Both the position numbers and the translations under genes were made by a program. The notes under the pieces were generated by a model. It saw only the letters and a list, made by a program, of their open reading frames with translations, was not told where the DNA came from and made no database searches. From Vicugna vicugna (Eukaryota): a stretch of DNA of 49,912 nt. Below, piece after piece: positions 22,786-34,818 of this stretch; the first letter of the stretch is position 1, and every line of letters starts with the position of its first letter. The DNA is taken from contig MU058451.1 in the NCBI GenBank assembly GCA_013265495.1, forward strand, positions 3,033,305 to 3,083,216, given 5' to 3'.

Positions 22786-25459
22786 CATCCAAGGTGAGAA
22801 ACAGTCAGTTTTAATGAAGGTTAAAAGTCAAATGACTTTAGATAATTTTACACTTCCATATAGTCCCTGTGGCAGTCTATGGAGAAAGCCCTGCCCTCGG
22901 CACCAGCGAGTGTTCTGAGGATATCTATAACCCTGTTAGAGTGCGTGACCTACAAGAGCCCTTTAAGAGTGAGTTGGACCCTTTTGTATTTCAATGGAGA
23001 GATTAAAGTCCATATATTTAAGGGTTCATTAGGGGACTGGACATTGAATTGATCAAGATTAAATTTCCTCTGTCTTGGTAAAGGGACCTTAAAAAAGAAA
23101 GAAAATTTAATTACAAAAAAAGAAAGAAATTTTCGCTTCTTGCATTCTTGAATTTATAGCCAGGAATTTTTACCTAATACCCTTACACATTTAGTAATAT
23201 CCTTCCTCTCTCTGCTGACACAAGGCTATTTTCCCCTTCAAGTGAAGATACATTAAGCATAGACAGAATGTGTGACATTTAGCATAGCCCAGTCCTTGCA
23301 TAAAATTGCCAGACGATTTCTTGATATTAAGGATGAAGTCTACATGAAAACCCTGGGGTTGTCAGTACTCATTAAACTTCTCTTTGAGTTCTAGGGTATT
23401 ACAAGCCCAGAAGTTCTTGGACAGCCAATACCAATAGCTGTGCTCAGTTAATTGGGTAAGAATTAAACAGAAGAATTACAGAATGATGATTATACAACTA
23501 ACTAATGTCAGTCTTGAATTTTGGTCACATTTATTCCAATGAAAGATTTGTAAACTTTCCAGCTCTACACAATGTGAGAAAAACTCAGCCCTAATTTAAG
23601 GGAAAAAAGAACAAGAAACAAAATATATGTTGGGCTATGGTTTTGTATAAAGTGTTTTGAAAGTAAAAGTGCTAAACAATCTATTTTAGATGAATAGCAT
23701 TTCTTCTTTAGGACTCGAAGTAGGAAAATACTTGAATTAGACTGCAAATTAAACTAGTGCTAAGGATTGAGAACATCCTTAAAAGATAAACATATATTCC
23801 ATATCCTCTATTTAAAAAAAAATCTTCTATTGCTCACTCTTATCAGAAAGCATAACTTGCTATTTCTAGGCAGGCAATAATTAGAATAGTTTGATTCTGG
23901 GACTCCAGGTTTCCAGAAAACTGACTTTGGCAAATTTCTCTTCCGTGTTATAACAAAATTTCCTTTGTTTTTATTTGTGTGTTTTGGGAGTGTCAAGTTC
24001 AATGTCTTAGTCAACAAGTAAGTCTTTTGGGGATCTACATTAAGCTGCAATGAATCATAGAATCATAGGGTTGGTATGGCATCCATAATCAAATCCTATC
24101 CTCAATTCCCAGGCCAGATGTCAGAATTATGTTCTATCCTGTTTGTAGAATCTGAAAGAAGGAAATAAAGTAATCTAGAAATATTCACCATCAGGTTAAT
24201 TGTTGCATCTCCTGTAACCTTTCCTGGACCAAGACCAGTAAGTAAAAACAGGTGAGGCTGTTTGCTTTGTTTCTTTTGCAAATTGTGTAAGTCTGTGTAA
24301 GAATTAACATATTTAGCTTGGGTCCTTTTTAGCAGTCCATTAGCAAAACAATGTCCTAGTGTTATTACAGCCAGAGACACCACTAGCCTCCTAAAGATAC
24401 ATACTATCATTGCTGTAGTGGAGTAGTCCACGTTCTCAGCTATACATAACCAGCTGTCCTTTAAACCAGTTATAACTTCTTTTAGGTACGATCCTATACA
24501 CACATGCTAATTTATACACCATTTAAAAAACACTGGCAAAATTTTCTCTATCATTCCAGTTATTAGAGAATTTATCTTTTTATTTTCACTTTCTCTAAAT
24601 TGACTGAAAAAAAGTATCTAAGGAAATATGCCATTTGATATAACCCCTGGACATTGAATGTTATTCAGTAGATTAAGATAATTTGTAGTCACTACAGATT
24701 ACATTTTGAGAAGACGTCAGATCAGATAACTATTCTGAATCAGAGAGAGTCCTGAGCTGTCAGTCTTCTCAGCGTGGCACCTAAATATGAGGAGTGCCGC
24801 GTTCATTCACGTTGAGTGAAACAGAGGTATTAGGGTTAGTTTTAAAAGAGATTTTCAACCAGTTGCCCCGTAGAGAAACTTGCTGGTCTTTAGATTCAAG
24901 AAAACCTCAAATTTCAAATGAATTTGTCCAACAAAATGCAACCCCCCTCCACCCGCCTTTAATGACTGAAATAAGCCTCCTGCTGTTCCCACCCTGGACA
25001 GCTCAGTTACTACTGGAAGGCTGTGATCCAAATTGTTGATTACAGGAGATGATTGCAACACCAATGTCCTGGAGACTTTCAAAAAAGTAATTCCTTTTTC
25101 TTTTATGCTTTAACATGTAAATAGCATGGAAAAAGCCCTCACCAGAATTTCCTAGGGTAACATAATCAACAGAGAAATAATAAAACAATGGAAAAATAAA
25201 TCCATTTTTTCCCCATTGTGATGCACTTTTTGGCTGCTAGAAAAGTCCTGGGATCTGGAATTTGTATTGCAAAAATGCTGAATTATCTGTGATGGGTGTT
25301 GGAGACCAGGCCAGAGAACATGAAGTATCTACTTGTACAGACCACAAAGCATCCTTTGAGAGAAACCATTCAGAAGACTCTTCTCTTAGAAACAGTTTAG
25401 CTTGTAACATAAAACCTCCTGAAATTGACATTAAAGCACCTGCTTTAAAGGTCAGAGTG

Positions 25460-27493
25460 AAATCTCCATCAAAAATACATCTGTGTGTGGAAGGATTCTC
25501 ACTGAAAACTAACTGGAGACTGGCAGGAAGACTCCCGTACAACCAAGGATCTCAGAAAGACCCACACAGAATCAGGCGAGAAGGGACGGCAAGCAGTCAG
25601 GTCAGGACTTGTGCCCCTGGGAGGGGACTCAGAGGAAAAGGGAGATTACATGGGTAGAGATCCTCCCTGGAGAGCGAGTGGTTCAAGTCACATATTGGGT
25701 GCCCCCGAACTGGGCTCCAACACAGGGAAGACTAGTCCCCTTGGCTGATTGGAGGGCCTCTGGGACCAACAGGAGGGCTGTGGGAAACTTGGACTCTGCT
25801 CATGAGGAGCACATGCATGCTTGCTTGCTTCTGAAGTAGGGTGGAGAGGGAAGATTGAAAACTGCACGAGTGGCTTGTTGGTTTCCTCTGTTTGCTTCAG
25901 TGTGTGTCCCAGTCTGAGCCAAGTGAATGCTCCAGCCCCATGTGGGAGCTCTATAGTGAGACAAAGAGGCAGCTCAGACCAAAGCAGCACCTGAGCAGGC
26001 TGGGAGCAGCCATTACTGGTGCTTGCAGACGCAGCACATTAGAAGCAACCCCATGTCTGTCTGTGGCCAGATGACCACAGCCCCAGCACACGCCGAGAGC
26101 ACATACAGGACCCACCTGCTCTGCAGCGCAGCTCCAGCCCAGAGCAAGTGTGGCAGAAGTTCAGGGCAGACCCCAGCTGTGAGCAAAAAAGCAGGCCCAG
26201 ACCTGAAGTGGCACCTGAGCAGTGCAGGGGCAGCCATTACTGGCACGTACACAGGCGCCAATGTGCATCAGAAGCGGTATTGATCTCTGAATCACACAGC
26301 AACACCGCAGCCTGCTCCCTGCTCCCATAGCAGTCCGTCTGGTTCCAGCAGTTTTTCCTTCTGTGGCAAGGATGCTGGTCAAGGAGTGGGGAGAGTACAC
26401 ACTTTAAGGGAATGAAGTCCGCTCAGAGCTGATTCTCAGGACATCTGCCCTAGCAGCTTGAGACTTGCCTCTGTCCCTGATAGGGCAGTGACTGCCGTAG
26501 AGCAGAAGGCAAGCCCTGGCTCACATTTGGCTCCAGCAATAACCCCTCCATTTCCTTCCTCACCTCCTATGAAGGTGACAGCTGTCAACAAAGCTTGACT
26601 GAGAAAAACTGCCTTGTGTTCATGTCAAATTTAGCTCCCACCAAAGCCACTAGGCACGGGCAGACTGTACAGGGATGTTCCCACACAAGGACACCCATTT
26701 AAGACCAAAATAGGTAGCCGTTTCACCTAACTTTATAAAGATAGAGAAAGTTATGCAAAAAGAAAAGACAGAGGAATTTGTCAATTGGAAGAGTAAGAGA
26801 AAACCTCTGAAAAAATAATGAAGCCGAAATAAACAATTTACGAAATAAACAATTTACAAGGTAAACAATTCAAAGCGTTCGTAATCAGAATGCTGAGATA
26901 GGGAAAAGAATAGATGAACACAGAGAATTTTAATAAGGACTAGAAAATATAAAAAAAGAACCAGTCAGAACTGAAAAATACAACTGAAATGAAAGACACA
27001 CTAGAAGGAATGATATAAAAAACACAAGTGATCTGAAAGACAGAATAATGGAAATCATTCAATCAGAACCACAAAAATAAAAATAAATAAAAAATAAGAA
27101 CAGTTTAAGGGAACTTGGAATAATATTAAGTGTACCAACATTTGCATTATAGGGGTCCCAGAAGCAGAAGAGAGAGAGAAAGAGATCAAAAATGTATTTG
27201 AAGAAATTGTGGCTAAAAACTACCCAAAGTAAGGGGATGGAAAAAGGTATTCTATGCAAGTGAATTAAAAGAACACCTGAGTAGCAATGCTTGTATCAGA
27301 CAAAATAGACTTTAAAATAAAGACTGTTGTCAGAGATAGAGATGGACACTACTTAATGATCAAGGGATCAAGCTAGGAAGAAGATAGAGCAATTTTAAAT
27401 ATATGTTCACCCAACTTAGGAGCACCTAAGTATTTAAGATAAATATTAACAGACATAAAAGGATAAACAGACAGAAACACAATAACAGTAAGA
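25460..27493 (+). mobile_element. L1 5'UTR + partial ORF1 fused to part of the ORF2 endonuclease; no 3' end
   Basis: GC-rich 5'UTR (catcaaaaatacatctgtgtgtggaaggattctcactgaaaactaactggagactggcaggaagactc...), ORF1-like sequence from ~26750, then a jump at ~27225 to ORF2 EN (KVRGWKKVFYA..., cagacaaaatagactttaaaa). Confidence 0.85.
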
Positions 27494-27499
27494 CATCAG

Positions 27500-28545
27500 T
27501 GAAGTGCACAGATCCTGAAACTACAGTTCAATGAGTTTTGATAAATGTAACCACTAATCCAATGTATAAAATCATTCCCTCATACTAGAAAATTTTCCAT
27601 CAGTCATTATCTCTCATAAGCAACTACTGTTCTGCTTTGTCACTATCACTTTATTTTGCCTATTTTTGGATGTTGCATAAATGGATATACAGTATGTTTT
27701 CTCTTATGGCTGGCTTATTTTGCTCCACACAATAATTTTGAGGTTTTCTCAAGTTGTTCTGTGTATCAGTAGTTCATTATATTTTTTTTATTGCTGAAGG
27801 GTATTTTATTAAATGATTATGTCACAATTTGCTAATCTGTTCTCCTATTGATGGACATTTGGACAAGTTTTAACTAGCTTGAAAAGAACTGCTATGTTAT
27901 ATTCCAGTCCAAGTCTTTTTTGTGGACACATGTTTTCATTTCTCTTGGTATTTAAAATGAAACTACTAATACTTTTGCAAAGTGTTGTATCAATTTACAA
28001 TCTCACCAACAGAGTGAATGAGTGTTTTAGTTACTCCATATCCTCACTAACATTTTGTTTTGTTAGTCTTATTTATTTTAGCTATCTAGTGGGTATGAAA
28101 TGATACTTCATTATGGTTTTACTTGGCATTTCCCTGATGACTAATGATTTTTAGTAGCTTTTAATATACTTATTTGCCACTTGCGTATCTTATGTGCAGT
28201 GGTTTCATATGCTTTGCTCCTTTTAACAATTAAATTCTTCTGTTATTTATTTATTTATATGCATTCTTTATACATTCTAAATTAATTTCTTTGTCAGGTA
28301 TATGTTTGTAAATATCTTCTTCAACGTGTGGCTTGCCTTTCATATTTTTAATTATATTTTTTGATGAGTGGAAACTTTTTATGAAGTTCAAATTAGCAAT
28401 TAAAAAAATGTTCAGTGTTAACTAATCTTTGCCTAACCTATGGTGACAAAGATTTTTGCTTTGTTTTGTTTGCTTCTAGAAGCTTTATAGTTTAAGTTTT
28501 CCAGTGGGGGTCTAGGTAATTTCAAATTATGTTTGTAGATGGTAT
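27500..28545 (-). mobile_element. L1MB/ME-type 3' region, antisense
   Basis: gaagtgcacagatc...gagttttgataaatg...tctcctattgatggacatttgg...ttccctgatgactaatgat. Confidence 0.8.
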
Positions 28546-28624
28546 TTACATTCCTCTAGCCAGCTAAATTGAAGTCAAGAGATGTTTTAGTTCCACGTTG
28601 GCCACTTTTTCCTCTCTTCAATAT

Positions 28625-28735
28625 ATTTTGTGACAGATCACTTCCTCTCTTTAGTTCTCAGTTTCCCATCTGTAAAATGAGAGCATTACAATAGGTGAAT
28701 AGAGTCTGATTATTCTCTAAAAGTTGAGGAACTCC
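28625..28735 (+). mobile_element. MIR core fragment
   Basis: tgtgac...cacttcctctct...ctcagtttcccatctgtaaaatgag. Confidence 0.7.
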
Positions 28736-29543
28736 CACATCTAGAAATAATTTTACCCCCACAGACTTACCAGGATGTTATTTGAGGAGTTAGATAAAAA
28801 ATATTACGGTTATCCTCATGTAGACAGTCACTGCTGTCTTACTATCTACTCACATAAAGAAAACACATCCATGAGAAAGTATTCTAAAGATTTAAGAGAA
28901 AATTCCTTCTATAGCCAAACCCAGGAATCAAGATATTTATTAGGTATAGTATGTGTGTAAGAATTACTGGGGCTAGCCAGCTAATTCTGTTTTTGTCCTG
29001 TTATTTAACAAATATTTACTTGGTATTTGGGCCTATGGTTAAACTTGTTTTTTAAGAAATAAGAGTTGGACCAGGGAAAAGGTTTGCCAAAGCATAAACT
29101 ACAGAAATGTATCTAAACACTTTCCAAATGTGCTTACTTGGGGGAGGTCAGAGTAGTGAAAAAGAAAGATGGGGGCGGGTGAATCAGAGATGGAAGCAGA
29201 CTCACTGGACCAGAAGTGTGCATAACTTGGGCTTGGCTTCCACTGACTGTGGAAGACAGGGGTCAGGTTGGGAAGAATGAGCCAAAGTGTGAAGATTTAA
29301 AGCCAGAAGCAAGCTAAGTTTAGATGGTAGACATTAGAGACGGTAAAGATCCACAGGATAATGTTACCAAACTCATTCCCTGCCAGCCCAGGATATATTT
29401 GAATAGAGAGATCAGATATGGAACTGATCGCGACCAAAGGCCAGTGCTCAGCCAGTGCTCTGTGATGTGACTGAAGTTCAGTTTAGGTGGATACCATTCA
29501 GATTGAATCAAACACTTCTGCCTTTTAAAAAGAAGCTGGGATA

Positions 29544-29685
29544 CAGTGGGAAAAAAAAAGTGACAATGAATATATGTATGTTCACGTATAACTGAAAAAT
29601 TGTGCTCTACACTAGAATTTGACACAACATTGTAAAATGACTGTAACTCAATAAAAAATGTTTAAAAAAATAAAATAAAATAAAT
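29544..29685 (+). mobile_element. Young 5'-truncated L1 tail with 17-bp TSD
   Basis: TSD aaaaagaagctgggata (29527-29543) / aaaaagaagctaggata (29686-29702) at a TT|AAAA endonuclease site; tail ...gactgtaactcaataaaaaatgtttaaaaaaataaaataaaa. Confidence 0.9.
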
Positions 29686-32600
29686 AAAAAGAAGCTAGGA
29701 TAGAATTTTTTTTTTTTTAATTTTTGAAATCAAGGAAAAGGATTCTGGAAATGTCTCCACATTCTCTAGATAGCATAATTGCCATGTTTTTGCTATGAAT
29801 CTTCCTCATCTACAGGAGTGGGCTGTGAATGAGTGTGCAACAATATCCTAGAAGAGTGATTCCAAAATTCCAGATCATAGATTGATACAAATCCACATGG
29901 TAAAAGGGGGAAAAACAAGGACAATGTGAGTTTTTTATAGAGCTAACTTTACTAAAAGTAAAAGATTTACCTTAATTCTGATATTAAGATCTTCCTATGT
30001 TTTTGCTTTTAGAATGTCCTTTTTGAAAAAGAAAAGATAATATTGGTACATGTATTTTTAATCACTTAAATGAAAATTGATAAATAACCCTATATAAATC
30101 CCTCCATTAAAAAGGTGAGTCTATGGTTTTTAAATTCAAGGTACAACTTTTACAGAACAGCATGGAAGCATTTTAAAAATGAAACAGGTGTGTCATCATC
30201 AAAACTAGGCCTCTACTGACTGTAAGACAACCCATTGTTTTAGGTACAACTAAGCTAGAAAACATACCACCGAGTAAGTAATTATCCATGCCATCAGTAA
30301 TAATGTGCATCCTGATATCAGAATTGTTAATATATATGAAAAGATGTGACTCTAAGAATCTGATTTAGTATAAGATTTGCATAAAGAACAGTAATTCACT
30401 TAGCATATAAATAATGATGATCAGTCTTTTCCCTGAGTATTTATTCATTGCACAGTGAACCTGAGTCCAGGCTCTGAGTGATATATAAAATTGTCTCATA
30501 TTCTTCACTCTTTTCTCAGTGCAAAATTTTCTTAGCATTTTGAAGATTTTCCAAGTTATCACTTTTAGACATTTCTTATTGGATAACTATATATTTGGCT
30601 ATACCAATTACTATAGCTGTGTAAACACTGTTCTATAACCTGAAACATTCATAGCTCAGTGGACAAATAGTCAAGCATAGAAGTACTATAACATATGTGA
30701 TGTGATTCTTAACATTGGCAAGAGGGCCCTGGTGCTGCTCCATGCTTTCACAAGGATGGTGTTCTTTCCAAAGAGCTAAATAAAGGGTAACAGGGGATAT
30801 ACTTAGGGGTCATATATAGGAAAGATAAATTCAAATTTCTCCACACTCTAAATATCTTCCGAAGCATTTCTCAAAAACAGGTGCTGAAATTACTCTGTCA
30901 CCTTCTTTAGAAAGCAAGGCGATCTCTTTCCCAAGATTAATCCTTAAACTTGTCTCATTAGTGTTTTACCAGTGACTTCACTATTTCAGCCCAGTGACAG
31001 ACACTTTTATAGATTTCAATGCTCTAATTCCCTAGTTAGTACAATGACAATTTTTGGCATTGCAAATGCAAAGAAACCCTCAAAGTGCATCATAATTCTG
31101 TCACCGGGAGAGAGTAGGAGGGGCTGGCTGATAAAGAGGCAATTTTGGAATTTTTTGTAAAGCTGTTTCCCTTATCCCTAAAAAGCCTGTATGCTAGTAA
31201 ATTGTTTTAGTGAGGTTTCATTGAATTAAGAAAATTTCTCTGCCAGTTTTTTAAATCAATTTTTGGATTTCCCTACAGCTTAGTATCCGTTGTACATATA
31301 CAGAGAAGCAGAGCAGTACGTCTTAGGGCAAATGAAATGAAGATCTGGATTGAGAAAACTGGGTTACGACCCACACTGGAAAAACTCACTTTGGCCCCTT
31401 CATTTCTAAATGTCTTCTTTGGATGGTGCTGACACTTCATCAGAGATAGAAGAGAAACACTTAAAATGTTTTGTGGAAATGTTAATAGATATAAACAGGA
31501 AACAGAGCCTTAGCTGTTTCTTGGAGAGAGTTATAATGTATTTGTTCTCAACTGTGCACATCAACTGAAAAACAACTGATAGGAAAACCACGAGGCAATT
31601 ATAAAATAATCACGATACTGAAATAGCAGTCTTGTTTGTACCACAGGTTCAGGGGTTGGAAAGAATTTTAATATGCTTAGCAAGGGGGTTTGACCTAATG
31701 TTCTGATGTGTGATGAAGTTGAAAATATGTAACTTGGGGTAAGAAAGCGGTCTGTAAGGAGAGTGAAAGGAAATTTGTGGCTTTGTTCCATTGGAAAATA
31801 ATTATGGTTTCCTTTAGCCAACTCCAGGAGAGTTAATCACTTTTTGTACTGGAGAAGGGTGGCCTCTGCCAGATGGCTACCCCCCTGCTTCTGTGTTCAA
31901 ACTACAAATAGCACAATTTTGGGGCCCAGGACAGTTTGTTCATTGTAAATTTATGCTGTAATTCTTCTTTATGTCTTAAAATTACATTCAAGACCCCTTT
32001 CTGGCTCTTGAATTGCCTCAAAAAAAAAAAAAAAGTCAACTGGCAAGTGTCTGAGGGAATAATTTCTAAGTAAGTGACAGAACACTGTGCCCTCTCCGCA
32101 GACCATTTCAAAACAGCCTTCGATGAGTCTGCAATCCATTTTAATTACCTGTGCAAATATCCCATTTCTAATATTGGGAGCAATGAATGTCCTTGTAACT
32201 CTGTGCAGTTGCTTGGAATATTGCTACATAGATATAGAATGCTTTATAAGAGACATCTATTCAACCACAAAATTTAAGGCCATAGCATTTTGAATTTTGA
32301 ACTAAAATTCAGCCATTCAGTCTTGTATAATTCCAGTTTTCCTCTTAAATCCTTTCTTTCTTTGTATAGAGAGAAATAAAAATACAATTTAGAATTTTGT
32401 CATATTGTTTCAAGCGATTTATCACATTATCCAATTTGTTAATGCAGAATAAACATCGACTTCAATAGACTTAATAATTAAGGAAGTGGTTATAATATTC
32501 TGCTTGATATAAACAGGGAGATATGTAAATATATGTTACACACCTTTTTTTTTAACAAAGAATATTTAAGGAATTGTATAGAGATTTCTATTTTGTCTCT

Positions 32601-33532
32601 TCTCCAGAGTAGACTCAGGGGAAATTTATGGCTACTTGGTAATTTACAAAAATGTTTAGAGAATGACCACAAGTACTCAGATTCACTTTGATACTGAGTA
32701 GTGTTTTAGCTGCTGGGCTAAACTATAACTCAGTAATCAGAAACAAGTATCTTAAGTTATCAGTCTTTTAATATTTGTTTTTCCAAACATGTTATAATGA
32801 TTACCACTAGACTATCTGTAAAACCTTTGTAGTCCTTGGAAGTAGTGTACTACCTAGTTGAATTATGATAATTTCTTCTTCAAATGACAACATCCATTTT
32901 TATTTAAAAAAAATTAACTGTTTACTGTCCCTAAATGAACTGCTATTGTTACCTCAAAAACATGTAGCTGAGAACACCCCTACAGTTTTAAGTGGAGATG
33001 ATAAACACAATAGTGATGTCTTATGCTCCTATTTTTCCTAAAGAATTCTATTAACTCATTGCAAACTGTCTACTGAGATAGTATATTTAAATGAATGACT
33101 ATATCTTAGCAATTGAATCCACAATCCAGATAAAATTATTTCATAACACTGAAATATTAGTGTGCTTTATGTTAGGAGTAAATGACCATGCCCAAATCAT
33201 TTCAAAACCACAGTACTGAGTCTAATTTTGAGAAGCCATTACAAAGGACACCTGCAAAACGAGGACAGTGTTTACAGCGGTTGGCCCAACAACACAGTAA
33301 CACATACACACTGTGTCATTAGGGTACAATGAGTGTCCTGGTTTGATCTGACCATACTGGGATAGCCAGGGTCTAAATGAGGAAGAAGTACGATGTTCAT
33401 TCACTACTTAAGAGATTGTTTAATAGTGTGTATTGAAAGATAGTCTGATGAATTGAGTTGGTTCATTTGAATTTAATAAGATATTGGTACATTTCAAAGT
33501 ATTAGTTCTCGAGTTGTAGGGAACAGTTTGCA

Positions 33533-34520
33533 CAGAGGTGACACTAACACGATTTGGGGGACCTTCTCTAAGAAAAAGAATATAAAATTATAAATACAAA
33601 ATTAGGAACAAAGGGGATATTTATTTAGAATAAGAAAAGAAACAACTAATTACATATTTTAAATATTGTAATTATCTCAAACTTTAAAGACACTTGGAAG
33701 TTTCTGCTTGTTTTCTTTATTTCAGCTTACATGTTTGGCTTTCTACTGGTATACTTCAAAAAGTATTTGGTTTTTCATATTATCAATGATTCTGAAAAAT
33801 GTACAAAATTAATCTGAAATTAAGGAAGCTCAGGAGCCTTTAATGCATTTAAATTGTCACTACATCTTATCGAGTCACACAACTGTGAATAAATTGCTCT
33901 AATGCTACCATTGGATGACTTCCCTATGAACATGTGTAGGAGTTTTGTCATTGGAAGTTTTTCAATCAATTTCTCTGCACTGGTGGCAATTATATTCATA
34001 GCTTTGAGTGGAATACCTAGTCTTTTATCAGGAAAAGATGTATCAGATATGCTAAGATCCTGCCTAATAATTTGGGATACATAAATCATATTAATTTAAA
34101 CACAGACACATCGACTATTTGTCTGCTACAGATGGGAATTCTGATTAACTTCATTCATTATGACCTCCATTAAAAAGGAAAAAGATATATAGTGTATTTT
34201 ATTGTATTTCTTACAGTCATCAAGAACTTTCCGACAAAAGAGAACATCCATTCTAAGTATCAGTGAGAACTGAATCTATCTTCCATTTGTAAATTTCCAC
34301 AGACTAGCCAGCTTCTGGCTCTGTGCCTTCCAAATCTTGATTCTCCTTCATATCAACGTATTCTGGTGTCAGGTGCCACAGTGCAGTACAACCTCTGGTC
34401 CTGCAACTTCATGCCATGTTGCAAATTTTACCGAAACTTATGTCAGTATGAATATGCTGCTAGGGCCGCTCCCAGGGTTACTCCCTAAGCTTCATTAGCC
34501 TAATGGAAGATCTAACACTG
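33533..34520 (-). mobile_element. Zaphod-type hAT-Tip100 DNA transposon, internally deleted
   Basis: Characteristic ends (cagaggtg...ggggaccttctctaagaaaaagaatataaaattataaatacaaaattagg; ttgcaaattttac...gctagggccgctcccaggg...taagcttcattagcc...ctg); ORF 33820..34089 is a plausible transposase remnant. Confidence 0.75.
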
Positions 34521-34729
34521 AATAGCAGGTACAGAGCTGGCCTGCTGGGAGCAAAGGAGTGGCTGGTGGATAGACACTGAGTGCTTACAGGAGCCTGAGA
34601 TTTCAGAGACACTTAGCCGGGAAGAAAGAAGAGATGGAGTGGTGGTTAGAGACAGGCATTGTGTGGCACAAAAAGGTTCTGTTTGTGGAATTGTGGATTG
34701 CATTTTTAAGTTTGGGGATATGAATATAC

Positions 34730-34818
34730 AGAGAAAGTGAGGAAGGGAGGGAAGAAGGGAGAGAAGAGAGAAAGAGGAAGAAATGGAAGGGGAGGAGGAG
34801 GGAAAAGGAAGAGAATTA
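34730..34818. repeat. Purine-rich (GA) low-complexity tract
   Basis: gaggaagggagggaagaagggagagaagagagaaagaggaagaaatggaaggggaggaggagggaaaaggaagag. Confidence 0.85.

Noticed and set aside
24102..24503. 133-aa minus-strand ORF
   Set aside because: No recognisable homology or splice context; the length is attainable by chance.
25237..26400. Cluster of overlapping ORFs on both strands
   Set aside because: Explained by the GC-rich, stop-poor L1 5'UTR.
30013..30114. Coding exon between ttttgcttttAG and AAG|GTGAGT
   Set aside because: Stop codons in all three frames; at most a non-coding exon.
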